A program made the position numbers and the translations under genes. This document shows, piece by piece, positions 49,896 to 64,000 of a stretch of DNA of 64,000 bases. A model generated the notes under the pieces. The model was not told the origin of the DNA and did not search any database. It worked only from the letters and a program-made list of their open reading frames with translations. This stretch comes from Nitrospirota bacterium (lineage in GTDB: Bacteria; Nitrospirota; UBA9217): contig CAVTRN010000002.1 in NCBI GenBank assembly GCA_963737155.1, positions 1,888,001-1,952,000 on the forward strand, given 5' to 3'. Numbering within the stretch: position 1 is the stretch's first letter; each line of letters begins with the position of its first letter.

Positions 49896-50504
49896 ATGGC
49901 TTTTACGTATTTTTTCAGAGATCTGCCGATACTTGAATTGATCACCAAGCATATGGTTCCCTATGTTTCGGGCCGCAGCAGGATCAAGGTCTGGGACGCA
50001 GGCTGCGCCATGGGACCGGAGCCGTATTCGCTCGCGATCATGTTAGCTGAGAGTATGAACAAGTTCGCATTCAAGAACCTGAAGATATTCGCCTCGGATC
50101 TCGATAATTGCGGCACTTTCGGTGATATCATTGCGAAGGGCGTATATCCCGAAGAGGAGGTCAAACGGATCCCTCCGGAGATCTTCGGAAAGTACTTCAA
50201 GCCAAACGGCAAGCCAGGGCATTTCGAGATTAGTCAGGAGGTGCGTGACTGCCTCATGTTCCAAAAACATGACCTGCTGTCCCTCCAGCCGATTGGACAG
50301 GACTTTAGCCTCGTCATGTGCAAAAACGTGCTGCTTCATTTTCAGCAGCCTGAGCGGATAGAGGTGATCAAGATGTTTCATGCCTCACTTGCTGAGGGAG
50401 GATATTTTGCTTCAGAGCAGACGCAAAAAATGCCGGTCGAGCTCAGCCATCTGTTTGAGCAGGTTAGCGGTGATGGACAGCTATACAAGAAGGTAAGTGT
50501 ATGA
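49896..50504 (+). CDS. Short CheR-type SAM methyltransferase (catalytic domain only)
   Basis: Starts at MAFTYFFRD; VWDAGCAMGPEPYSLA, ASDLD, HDLL, CKNVLLHF; lacks the CheR N-terminal helical domain. Confidence 0.85.
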   Translation: MAFTYFFRDLPILELITKHMVPYVSGRSRIKVWDAGCAMGPEPYSLAIMLAESMNKFAFKNLKIFASDLDNCGTFGDIIAKGVYPEEEVKRIPPEIFGKYFKPNGKPGHFEISQEVRDCLMFQKHDLLSLQPIGQDFSLVMCKNVLLHFQQPERIEVIKMFHASLAEGGYFASEQTQKMPVELSHLFEQVSGDGQLYKKVSV

Positions 50505-51154
50505 GAGTCGTATGTTTGAAACGCGACAAGAACGTATACTCTTGCAATTCCTACTTTGTGCGGGGAGACTGGAACCGCATCGAGGACATGAATACGCTGA
50601 TAGACGCAGGTTCAAAAGACACACTAATTAACGATATTGAATGCACTTCAACAGGGCTCGGCAAACAGCCGCTCACGCAGATCGTCCTGACCCACAGCCA
50701 CTCCGATCATATTGCGGGGCTTATGGAGATAAAAAAGAGATTCAATCCGACTGTGTACGCATTCACAATGTTTGAGGGCGTTGACGAACTGCTAGTTAAC
50801 GGTCAGGTACTGGTAATTGCCGACCGTGAATTCGAGGTGATCCATACGCCGGAACACTCGAATGATTCGGTCTGTTTATATTGCGCTAAAGAAAAGGTCC
50901 TGTTCTCCGGAGACACCCCGCTCCACATCATGACTCCGGGGGGATCCTATGAAGAACATTTTATTTCAGTTCTCGAACGGATGGACCGGTTTGGTATTAA
51001 GACCATATTTTCGGGACATGACGATCCAGTAATCTCGTCTGCTTCTGATATGATACGCAACACGTTGGCGAATGTAAGAAAAAGCATCATCAAACGAAAG
51101 GAGGAATACTATCCTAATTCCATCGTTCAGGGGATTGATGAAGCAGGGTATTAG
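50501..51154 (+). CDS. Metallo-beta-lactamase-fold hydrolase
   Basis: LIDAG, THSHSDH (HxHxDH), HTPEHS, FSGD, SGHD; ATGA overlap with the short CheR. Confidence 0.88.
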   Translation: MRVVCLKRDKNVYSCNSYFVRGDWNRIEDMNTLIDAGSKDTLINDIECTSTGLGKQPLTQIVLTHSHSDHIAGLMEIKKRFNPTVYAFTMFEGVDELLVNGQVLVIADREFEVIHTPEHSNDSVCLYCAKEKVLFSGDTPLHIMTPGGSYEEHFISVLERMDRFGIKTIFSGHDDPVISSASDMIRNTLANVRKSIIKRKEEYYPNSIVQGIDEAGY

Positions 51155-51190
51155 ACACCACAATAAACACGGCAGCCAGGACATCAAAAT

Positions 51191-51390
51191 AAAGGAGGAG
51201 CGTAGGCAGTGGTTTGATAACATGAAGGTGTAGATAATGTTATTGTTTGGATCCCTTATTGTGGAAGTCATCGCAACGGCGATAGGCTTCTGAGGTATCC
51301 AGGGCCTTCGAAGATCGATGAGATGGACGCCGAGCCTCATGAGATCAAAATCGTGTCGATTTCGCAGATCTCCGATGCTCAATTAAGGTT
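51191..51390 (+). pseudogene. Decayed N-terminus of a transmembrane (4HB-type) chemoreceptor
   Basis: RBS AAGGAGG, AGG in place of ATG, then QWFDNMKV*IMLLFGSLIVEVIATAIGF*GIQGL, frameshift, KIDEMDAE..VSISQISD. Confidence 0.6.
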
Positions 51391-51569
51391 CAAGCAAAAA
51401 AACACGAAGTTGCTGGTGGTGGCTATCAAAAAAGAGGGGATGTCAGCGGCAGCTTTGCGGATGATGAAAACAGTGAAAGCGGCGTAGGACGGCTTTTAAA
51501 AAGGAGAAACATAATTTTAGAAGCATATGTTCGACATGTTTAAAAAACAATATTTAAAAGGAGGTTACT

Positions 51570-54500
51570 GTGGCTAGGAAAAACGCAACGACTAAAATTA
51601 GTAAGGCATCATTGCTTGATGAAGTAGAAATGCTGACAAAGGCAGCGGTTGAAGGCAAGCTTGCAACAAGAGCAGATGCAACAAAGCATGAAGGAGAAAA
51701 CAGGAAGGTGATTGAGTGTATCAATAGCATGCTCGATTCAATCATCAAGCCATTGAATGTGTCAGCGGAGTATGTGGACCGTATCTCCAAGGGAGATATC
51801 CCGCCGAAGATCACGGACGCCTACAACGGCGATTTCAACGAAATAAAGAACAACCTGAACCAGGCGATTGACGCAGTAAATCGACTGGTAACCGATGCAG
51901 GCATGCTTTCTAAGGCTGCCGTTGAAGGCAAACTGGCTACGCGCGCGGATGCCACCAAGCATCAGGGAGATTTCCAGAAGATCGTTGCAGGTGTTAACGG
52001 GACACTGGACGCGGTGATCGGACCCTTGAACGTGGCAGCGGAGTACGTAGACCGTATCTCCAAGGGAGATGTCCCGCCGAAGATCACGGACACTTACAAC
52101 GGCGACTTCAATGAGATAAAGAACAACCTGAACCAGGCGATCGACGCCGTAAATAGACTGGTAACCGATGCGGGCATGCTTTCTAAGGCTGCCATTGACG
52201 GCAAACTGGCTACACGCGCGGATGCCACCAAGCATCAGGGAGATTTCCAGAAGATTGTTGCAGGTGTGAACGGGACCTTGGACGCAGTGATCGGACCCTT
52301 GAACGTGGCAGCAGAGTATGTTGAGAGAATCAGCAAAGGAGATATCCCGCCGGTCATCACAGATAATTATAACGGCGACTTCAATGAAATCAAAAACAAT
52401 CTTAACTCTGTCGTGAAGATGATGACCGAACTCTTGCAACAGACAGACTTCATCATCAAGGCCGCTGCGGATGGAGAACTCGACAAGCGTGCCAATGCGG
52501 ACTTGTTCGTAGGTGGCTGGAAGAAGCTTGTGTCAGGCGTAAACGATACGATCACCAATATCGTGAATCCTCTGATGGTGACTGCCGATTATGTGGACAA
52601 GGTGTCCAAGGGCGTGATACCGCCGCAGATCACGGCCGAGTACAAGGGCCAGTACAATGTCATCAAGAACAACCTGAATGCGGTGGTCAAGATGATGGGT
52701 GATCTGTTGCAGGAAACAGATGTCATCATCAAGGCAGCGGCGAATGGCGAACTGGATAAACGTGCCAACGCGCAGTTGTTCCTGGGCGGTTGGAACCAGC
52801 TGGTCAAGGGCGTCAACGATACGATTACCAATATTGTTGACCCGCTCATGGTGACCGCCGACTATGTGGATAAGGTGTCCAAGGGTGTGATACCGCCACA
52901 GATCACGACTGAATACAAGGGCCAGTACAACGTCATCAAGAACAACCTGAATGCGGTGGTCAAGATGATGAGCGAACTGTTACAGCAGACGGACATCATC
53001 ATCAAAGCAGCGGCTGACGGCAAGCTGGATGAACGTGCCAATGCGGACTTGTTCCTCGGCGGCTGGAAGAAGCTTGTGTCAGGCGTGAATGACACGATTA
53101 CCAATATCGTGAATCCTCTGATGGTGACAGCCGATTATGTGGACAAGGTGTCCAAGGGCGTGATACCGCCACAGATCACGATTGAGTACAAAGGGCAGTA
53201 CAACGTCATCAAGAACAACCTGAACGCGGTGGTCAAGATGATGAACGAGCTGTTGCAGGAAACAGATGTCATCATCAAGGCAGCGGCGAATGGCGAACTG
53301 GATAAACGTGCCAACGCGCAGTTGTTCCTGGGCGGCTGGAACCAGCTGGTCAAGGGCGTCAACGATACGATTACCAATATTGTTGACCCGCTCATGGTGA
53401 CCGCCGACTATGTGGACAAGGTGTCCAAGGGCGTGATACCGCCGCAGATCACGATTGAGTACAAAGGGCAGTACAACGTCATCAAGAACAACCTGAATGC
53501 GGTCGTGAAGATGATGACCGAACTCTTGCAGCAGACGGACATCATCATTAAAGCAGCGGCTGATGGCAAGCTGGATGAACGTGCCAATGCGGACTTGTTC
53601 CTCGGCGGCTGGAAGAAGCTTGTGTCAGGCGTAAACGACACGATCACCAATATCGTGAATCCGTTGATGGTGACAGCCGATTACGTGGACAAGGTGTCCA
53701 AGGGCGTGATACCGCCGCAGATCACGACTGAGTACAAGGGCCAGTACAACGTCATCAAGAACAACCTGAATGCGGTAGTCAAGATGATGAACGAGCTGTT
53801 GCAGGAAACAGATGTCATCATCAAGGCAGCGGCGAATGGCGAACTTGATAAACGAGCCAACGCTCAGTTGTTCCTGGGCGGCTGGAACCAGCTGGTCAAG
53901 GGCGTCAACGATACGATTACCAATATTGTTGACCCGCTCATGGTGACCGCCGACTATGTGGACAAGGTGTCCAAGGGCGTGATACCGCCGCAGATCACGA
54001 CTGAGTACAAGGGCCAGTACAACGTCATCAAGAACAACCTGAATGCGGTCGTGAAGATGATGACCGAACTCTTGCAGCAGACGGACATCATCATTAAAGC
54101 AGCGGCTGACGGCAAGCTGGATGAACGTGCAAATGCGGACTTGTTCCAGGGCGGCTGGAAGAAGCTTGTGTCAGGCGTAAACGACACGATCACCAATATC
54201 GTGAATCCGCTGATGGTGACAGCAGATTACGTGGACAAGGTGTCCAAGGGCGTGATACCGCCACAGATCACGGCGGAGTACAAGGGCCAGTACAACGTCA
54301 TCAAGAACAACCTGAACGCGGTGGTCAAGATGATGAACGAGCTGTTGCAGGAAACAGATGTCATCATCAAGGCAGCGGCAAATGGCGAACTGGATGAACG
54401 TGCCAATGCGGACTTGTTCCTCGGAGGCTGGAAGAAGCTTGTGTCAGGCGTAAACGATACGATCACCAATATCGTGAATCCTCTGATGGTGACCGCCGAT

Positions 54501-55910
54501 TATGTGGATAAAGTGTCCAAGGGCGTGATACCGCCACAGATCACGACTGAGTACAAGGGCCAGTACAACGTTATCAAGAACAACCTGAATGCGGTGGTCA
54601 AGATGATGAGCGAACTATTACAGCAGACGGACATTATCATTAAAGCGGCTGCAAATGGCGAGCTCGACAAGCGGGCGAACGCCGATCTGTTCCTGGGCGG
54701 CTGGAAGCAACTGGTCCAGGGCGTGAACGACACAATCACCAACATTGTGAACCCGCTGATGGTCACGGCCGATTACGTGGACAAGGTGTCCAAGGGTGTG
54801 ATCCCGCCACAGATCACGGCCGAGTACAAGGGCCAGTATAACGTCATTAAGAACAACCTGAATATGCTGATTGTGGCCACGAATGATGTCACCTTAGCAG
54901 CGGAAGAGATCGCCGACGGCAACCTCCTGGTCAAAGTGAAAGAGCGGTCACCCGAGGACAAGCTGATGCAGGCCTTTACATCCATGCTCGCAAAGCTGAC
55001 GGTCGTCGCCACCAACATTAGTGAGGCCGCAAACCAGGTTGCAGGCGGGAGCCAGGAAATGAGCTCTTCATCTGAGCAAATGTCTCAGGGAGCAACCGAG
55101 CAGGCTGCGTCTGTGGAGGAGGTATCATCGTCCATGGAACAGATGTCATCGAACATCAAACAGAACGCAGATAATGCGCAGCAAACTGAGAAGATCGCCA
55201 TTAAGTCCGCCGAGGATGCGATCGAAGGTGGCAAGGCTGTTACGGAAACAGTCGCGGCCATGAAGGATATTGCGGGCAAGATCTCGATTATCGAGGAGAT
55301 AGCGCGGCAGACGAATCTGCTAGCGCTGAATGCCGCGATTGAAGCGGCGCGCGCTGGCGAGCACGGCAAGGGTTTTGCCGTAGTGGCATCTGAAGTAAGG
55401 AAGCTTGCCGAGCGGAGCCAGGAGGCAGCGGGAGAGATCAGCCACCTTTCGACCACCAGTGTCCAGGTAGCGGAGAAGGCCGGAGAGATGCTAAAGAAAC
55501 TGGTGCCTGATATTCAGCGGACAGCTGACTTGGTGAAAGAGATCACTGCGGCAAGCAATGAGCAGAATTCCGGGGCCGACCAGATCAATAAGGCTGTCCA
55601 GCAGCTTGACAAAGTCATCCAGCAGAATGCGGGAGCGGCGGAGGAAATGTCGGGTACGTCAGAAGAGTTGGCCGGACAAGCGGATCAACTGCAAAATACC
55701 ATTACCTTCTTCAAACTGGGTAACACCAATATCAAACAGACGCCAGTATCGCGCGCAGCGAAACCGCAGATGAAGACCAAGGTTTCACACATTGCACACG
55801 CAGCCGTTGGCGCCGGAAAAACGGAGCAGAAAAAATCGAATGGTGGTGTTGCCATTGCTCTGGGAGACAACGGGAATAACGGGCATGATGACGAGTTTGA
55901 AAAATATTAA
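51570..55910 (+). CDS. Soluble poly-HAMP methyl-accepting chemotaxis protein (1446 aa)
   Basis: No TM segment; twelve 91-aa di-HAMP-like repeats, a terminal HAMP, MA domain [41 protein letters not shown]-terminal pentapeptide EFEKY. Confidence 0.95.
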   Translation: MARKNATTKISKASLLDEVEMLTKAAVEGKLATRADATKHEGENRKVIECINSMLDSIIKPLNVSAEYVDRISKGDIPPKITDAYNGDFNEIKNNLNQAIDAVNRLVTDAGMLSKAAVEGKLATRADATKHQGDFQKIVAGVNGTLDAVIGPLNVAAEYVDRISKGDVPPKITDTYNGDFNEIKNNLNQAIDAVNRLVTDAGMLSKAAIDGKLATRADATKHQGDFQKIVAGVNGTLDAVIGPLNVAAEYVERISKGDIPPVITDNYNGDFNEIKNNLNSVVKMMTELLQQTDFIIKAAADGELDKRANADLFVGGWKKLVSGVNDTITNIVNPLMVTADYVDKVSKGVIPPQITAEYKGQYNVIKNNLNAVVKMMGDLLQETDVIIKAAANGELDKRANAQLFLGGWNQLVKGVNDTITNIVDPLMVTADYVDKVSKGVIPPQITTEYKGQYNVIKNNLNAVVKMMSELLQQTDIIIKAAADGKLDERANADLFLGGWKKLVSGVNDTITNIVNPLMVTADYVDKVSKGVIPPQITIEYKGQYNVIKNNLNAVVKMMNELLQETDVIIKAAANGELDKRANAQLFLGGWNQLVKGVNDTITNIVDPLMVTADYVDKVSKGVIPPQITIEYKGQYNVIKNNLNAVVKMMTELLQQTDIIIKAAADGKLDERANADLFLGGWKKLVSGVNDTITNIVNPLMVTADYVDKVSKGVIPPQITTEYKGQYNVIKNNLNAVVKMMNELLQETDVIIKAAANGELDKRANAQLFLGGWNQLVKGVNDTITNIVDPLMVTADYVDKVSKGVIPPQITTEYKGQYNVIKNNLNAVVKMMTELLQQTDIIIKAAADGKLDERANADLFQGGWKKLVSGVNDTITNIVNPLMVTADYVDKVSKGVIPPQITAEYKGQYNVIKNNLNAVVKMMNELLQETDVIIKAAANGELDERANADLFLGGWKKLVSGVNDTITNIVNPLMVTADYVDKVSKGVIPPQITTEYKGQYNVIKNNLNAVVKMMSELLQQTDIIIKAAANGELDKRANADLFLGGWKQLVQGVNDTITNIVNPLMVTADYVDKVSKGVIPPQITAEYKGQYNVIKNNLNMLIVATNDVTLAAEEIADGNLLVKVKERSPEDKLMQAFTSMLAKLTVVATNISEAANQVAGGSQEMSSSSEQMSQGATEQAASVEEVSSSMEQMSSNIKQNADNAQQTEKIAIKSAEDAIEGGKAVTETVAAMKDIAGKISIIEEIARQTNLLALNAAIEAARAGEHGKGFAVVASEVRKLAERSQEAAGEISHLSTTSVQVAEKAGEMLKKLVPDIQRTADLVKEITAASNEQNSGADQINKAVQQLDKVIQQNAGAAEEMSGTSEELAGQADQLQNTITFFKLGNTNIKQTPVSRAAKPQMKTKVSHIAHAAVGAGKTEQKKSNGGVAIALGDNGNNGHDDEFEKY
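51612..54887 (+). repeat. Intragenic 273-bp tandem repeat x12 (3 type A and 9 type B units)
   Basis: Type [13 protein letters not shown]...; type B from 52431 LLQ(Q/E)TD.IIKAAA...; near-identical at DNA level. Confidence 0.95.
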
Positions 55911-56025
55911 CTAAAGCAGGGTTTGGGGCTATGGGGTCTGGATCCAAGGCCAGTAAAAGCGAAGCAGTCAATGCAGTCACCTGGCCTGCCCCACGCCATT
56001 TACTTGCACAGATTAAGGAGGTGCC

Positions 56026-56529
56026 ATGAGCATCGAATCGGTAACGGAAACGGGCCAGTACCTTACATTTAAATTGTCGGACGAGATATTCGCTCTGGAC
56101 ATTACAAAAGTACGCGAGGTTCTGGATTATACGACGATCACAAAGGTCCCCCAGACGCCAGAGTTCATGTGCGGAGTGATCAACCTCAGGGGCAGTGTCG
56201 TGCCCGTGGTGGACATGAGACTGAAGTTTGGAATGTCGAAGACAGAGAAGTCAGTGAACACCTGCATTATCATTGTGGAAATCATTGTCGACCAGGAGAC
56301 CACAATCCTAGGATGTCTCGCTGACTCCGTGCAGGAGGTCATGGACCTTGAGCCGAACCAGATTGAGCCGGCGCCGAAGATTGGAACGCGACTCAAGACT
56401 GACTTCATCAAGGGCATGGGCAAGCGAAGCGAAAATTTCGTGATCATCCTCGACATTGACAAGGTCTTTACGGGCGAGGAGTTGAGCCGGGTACAGCCCA
56501 CGCATGAGGAAAATGCGGTGATGGCTTAG
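56026..56529 (+). CDS. cheW: Chemotaxis coupling protein
   Basis: QYLTFKL, VREVL, GVINLRGSVVPVVD, DSVQEV. Confidence 0.96.
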   Translation: MSIESVTETGQYLTFKLSDEIFALDITKVREVLDYTTITKVPQTPEFMCGVINLRGSVVPVVDMRLKFGMSKTEKSVNTCIIIVEIIVDQETTILGCLADSVQEVMDLEPNQIEPAPKIGTRLKTDFIKGMGKRSENFVIILDIDKVFTGEELSRVQPTHEENAVMA

Positions 56530-57147
56530 AACAAAATAGATTTATGAAATGAAGCACATTGAACCGCGGAGGACGCAGATGATAACTGACATGTTTAGAG
56601 AAGATATATGCGTTCTCTGCGGTATTTATTTGTAACAATCTAGATCATGGGGCAAGTAAATAACGAACTGGATCGCAAAGGCACAATTGAGAAACGCCCG
56701 ACACAATGTAGGTGAAAAAGGGTTTTTTGGATTGGAAATGGGCCCTGGGTCTCAAAACGCGAAAATTATAATCTAAGAAACGACAGTAATGATTTAATTC
56801 ATTTTAATTTATTGATGTTAAAAAAACACCGGGTAGCCCAGCTGCAGTGATGATTTAGACATATACAGGTCTTGTAGATTGGAAAGATCATAAAAACGAT
56901 ACTCCTCATAGGTTGAAGGAGCTGGACAATATTGTAAAGGCGGCCTTTTTAAGCTCGTAATAATTCCGCATGAAGGGCATGATGATTTCTTTACTGGCAT
57001 GCATCGAGAAGGATTAAGATCTTATGCTAACGATATACACTAACAATATTGGTTCACGTCCGGCAAGTACATCGTAGTGTGCGGCAGGAGCAGGGATGTC
57101 CATGTGCCGAGGACAAGCAGTTAAAACACGGATAAAGGGAAAGAAGA

Positions 57148-61111
<3,964 letters not shown>

Positions 61112-61418
61112 GGAATGTATCATGCGCGAACAGTGTATCAGATTCATGCATGAATCTCAGCATGTCTTTCTCATAATCTCGAAGCCGCTTCAGAAGGTTT
61201 CTTGCTTTAGAACGAGAAACCTCATCCCTGATCTCTTGTTGTTGTGCTATTTTCGGGGTTAGAGATCGCGGTGTATTTGCAGAACGACCCTGCTATGGAG
61301 ACTGGGTATCTCGGGTGGAAAGAAGAAGTGCTATAAAGTGAGGAGAGACGGTGGTCGAAGCATTGAAAATACATAAGCAGTTTAACCATGAGGTCTGCCC
61401 TCTTACAACCACGAAACC

Positions 61419-62018
61419 ATGCAGATAATCGAACGTGAATCCGAAACTCAGGTTATGATCATGCCCGGTGAATATTATGCGACCAACCGGAACGCTATGA
61501 TACGTACCTTGCTCGGCTCGTGCGTGGCAGCCTGCCTGTATGATTCGGAGAGAGGAATCATCGGGATGAATCATTTTCTCCTGAGCAACCGCCGGTACGC
61601 CAAGAACCTGCCGGTCTGCCTGAGCGAAGCAGGGAGATACGGCATCCATGCTATGGAACTGCTCATCAACGAGATGCTACTAAAGGGTGCGAAGCGGGGA
61701 AACCTGCGTGCCAAGGCTTTCGGCGGCGGCACCATGTACGGGGTGTCGGCGTCGCAGGACAATTTTTTGTGCGTCGGCGAAGTCAACATCCGCTTTATTC
61801 GCGAGTTTCTAAAAAACGAGGATATACCACTGATTGCGGAGGACCTTGGCGGTGAGTCCACGCGGGTCATCCATTTTATGCCCGAAGATTATTCGGTCCA
61901 CGTGAAGAAAATCTGGAAAATATCGACTTCTACAGTCTGTCAGGAAGAACGGCTGTTCTGGAAAAAGAGCATTGAGGCCCAGGAAAGCTCAAAGCCGCAA
62001 GTCGATCTCTGGGAGTAG
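61419..62018 (+). CDS. cheD: Chemoreceptor glutamine deamidase
   Basis: PGEYY, TLLGSCVAACL, GMNHFLL, RYG, AKAFGGG, EDLGG. Confidence 0.93.
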   Translation: MQIIERESETQVMIMPGEYYATNRNAMIRTLLGSCVAACLYDSERGIIGMNHFLLSNRRYAKNLPVCLSEAGRYGIHAMELLINEMLLKGAKRGNLRAKAFGGGTMYGVSASQDNFLCVGEVNIRFIREFLKNEDIPLIAEDLGGESTRVIHFMPEDYSVHVKKIWKISTSTVCQEERLFWKKSIEAQESSKPQVDLWE

Positions 62019-62144
62019 ATTAGACAGGCCATTGAAAAAGGCCACCATATAAAGAAAACCCTCGCTCTTTGTACTCCATCGTGGAGTATTTAAGGCTATG
62101 TAACACCTTGAAAAACAAAGCTAATGCGAACCACCACGTAATTC

Positions 62145-62290
62145 GAGAGGAGTTGAACCTCCGACCAGCTGATTACGTCGGCTCCATTTTCAAGTACTTA
62201 TGAAAGTACTTACGGCAAAATTCCCAGGCAAAATTATTCTAAATACTCCACATTCGTGATCAGCAGGTCGTTAGTTCAATCCTGACCGTC
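62145..62290. other. Cluster of tRNA-Thr(CGT) 3' fragments (att-site-like scar)
   Basis: Minus 62145-62177 CGTAATCAGCTGGTCGGAGGTTCAACTCCTCTC; plus 62176-62186 CGTCGGCTCCA; plus 62252-62290 ATTCGTGATCAGCAGGTCGTTAGTTCAATCCTGACCGTC. Confidence 0.7.
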
Positions 62291-63609
62291 CTGCCGAAGC
62301 CGGGAAAGCCCTTGGAGCTGTTGAGCAAGGTCAGGGAGGTGCTAAACCGGGAATAATAAGGGCAAAACAAAAGATTGGGTAATGAATATTGTCCCTAAAC
62401 TCAATATTCACATGTATTCTACAAACTGAAATGATGAATTGTATCGCTTTATACACTACATATTTACACTTTAACTTTCATTTTCGAACTTAGAACCGAC
62501 TCGTGATGTTAAATGTCGAGAGCGGCTCAGTGGTTTCTTGAATATTAATGCATTGGTACTGTATGAATTTGGTTGAGGGTCAAGTCCCTATCGAGTGGGT
62601 ATAAATGAGATAAGCAACTCATAGAACCCGCTCTGCGACAGTGTTTTATGCATATAATGGCATGTAAAAAAGTGGTACAAACTGAGCCGGAATAGAAATG
62701 CCTTTTAGCTCACTGCGCGCTTTTATTTATCAATCTTAAAGGCACCATCGAGTGCGTATTGATGCCTATTTATGCGGGTATCGCTGAACATGTTCAGATT
62801 ATTGCACCGGTCAAATCTGAAATCCTTGACTATTTTCACGAAAAGTACCCACTCAATAAGGACTTGAGCCCTTGTTGATAATCATATGAAGGCACTTTAG
62901 CATGCCAAACGGATATCAATGATGATTTCAGAGATTACTGGTGAAGCCGGTTTCTCAAAGAATTTAATGAAAAAATCAGAACACCTCTGGATAGTCAATG
63001 AAATATAATTTTGCGGAAAATTATATATTTACACATTAAGAAGTTATGATTATTACCGATAAGAAGTATGGCAACTGCAATTATCCTTGCTAGCGAAGGT
63101 AGTTTTACGTCTAAAATAGGGCTTTATTTTGAGCTTGATCGTCTCAAAACGGTTGGGAAAGCGGAAATGTATGAAAGCAGGACGATCTTGATACTTATCG
63201 TTGTAACGTTGTTTGCACAATCCGTTATTCAGCCTTATATCATCTCCAGGTTCTAGTAGCAAAGAAGAAGTTATGGATAGATTCCTTATAAAATTATTCA
63301 AAAAAAGTTAATTATTTAATATTGAGATTACCTGCCAGGATACCATTCCTGTAAAATAGCCACCGCACTCCGTATCGGTTAAGGTCTTTTGGTGACGCTC
63401 TGATAAATAGTAAATGCTATGATGATGACGAAGCAGAAGCTAATAAAAAAAAGACGAATATTGATACGGGGCCTTTATTTTGAACCCGGATATGTAATTC
63501 ATTGAAATTATAATTTGAATTTACATTGCTGAGATAAAGGGACTCAACAATCTTAAACGACATGTAATTCACCCACTGTAAAGGTGCTTTTGACTGAAAG
63601 AAAGGCTAT

Positions 63610-64000
63610 ATGAAAATCAGGGACATATCAATAAAATGGAAGCTTGCTGCGCCGATTCTTTTTTTTATAGTCGTGGGAGTGACTATCACAACCGTAGTGA
63701 CGGGGTATAAAACAGAATCCATTGTTCTTCATGAAGTGGAGCGTTCGACTCTTTCGGGATACAGGGATACTATTCTGAATACCCTCACGACTATGATGAT
63801 AGCAAACAATATTAAAGATACCAAAAAGCCGTTCCTCGAGCAGATGCAGAGCATCGTGGATCTGCGTGTCATCCGGTCGGAGAACGTCGACAGAGACTTT
63901 GGGAAAAGTAATGCCGAAGATTACACCGCCGATGACCTGGACCGTGATGTTATCGAAAAAGGAGTGGAAAGGGTCGTCGTGGAAGGAGATTCCATCCGGG
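63610..64000 (+). CDS. Membrane-anchored sensor/chemoreceptor N-terminus (partial)
   Basis: MKIRDISIKWKLAAPILFFIVVGVTITTVVTGY is a typical MCP/HK TM1, followed by a periplasmic region open to the window end. Confidence 0.65.
   Translation, partial: MKIRDISIKWKLAAPILFFIVVGVTITTVVTGYKTESIVLHEVERSTLSGYRDTILNTLTTMMIANNIKDTKKPFLEQMQSIVDLRVIRSENVDRDFGKSNAEDYTADDLDRDVIEKGVERVVVEGDSIR

Noticed and set aside
52367-55018. Repeated 80-88 aa minus-strand ORFs ([11 protein letters not shown]...)
   Set aside because: Antisense shadows of the 273-bp MCP repeats.
56818-57000. 60-aa CPSCG small ORF antisense within the che operon
   Set aside because: Single CxxC, no second Cys pair or clear RBS; cannot be supported as a gene.
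62145-62290. Functional tRNA gene
   Set aside because: No D-arm or 5' acceptor strand; only 3' fragments.

Overview
Bacterial window of roughly 50% GC, probably from an anaerobic Nitrospirota or deltaproteobacterium-like organism (inferred from gene content). From 1 to about 18 kb it is mostly core genome: class I aldolase, dnaE, tRNA-Cys and tRNA-Gly, htpX, a selenocysteine Tat-exported formate dehydrogenase fdnGHI that the ORF track splits at an in-frame UGA, hsp20-lon, lipA and glycosyltransferases. From about 18 to 32 kb it is a mosaic of mobile-element scars: a compact IS200 with a 151-bp transposase-less copy, IS3, ISL3, Fic and S53 remnants, a Tn7/IS21-like end, and an intact IS110/IS1111-type element. 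For that element the CAG core, the circle-junction promoter and a two-loop bridge-RNA-like structure can be reconstructed from the sequence. From about 30 to 62 kb is a large signalling island: giant CheB-CheR-PAS-PocR-GAF and REC-PAS kinases, an NtrC-type sigma-54 activator and a sigma-54-preceded chemosensory operon. The operon has a CheA with a MshEN-like tandem motif and an unusual cassette of short CheR, MBL-fold hydrolase and a 12x91-aa poly-HAMP soluble receptor. The island ends at scrambled tRNA-Thr(CGT) 3' fragments resembling an att scar. All calls are from reading the sequence by eye; no searches were run.
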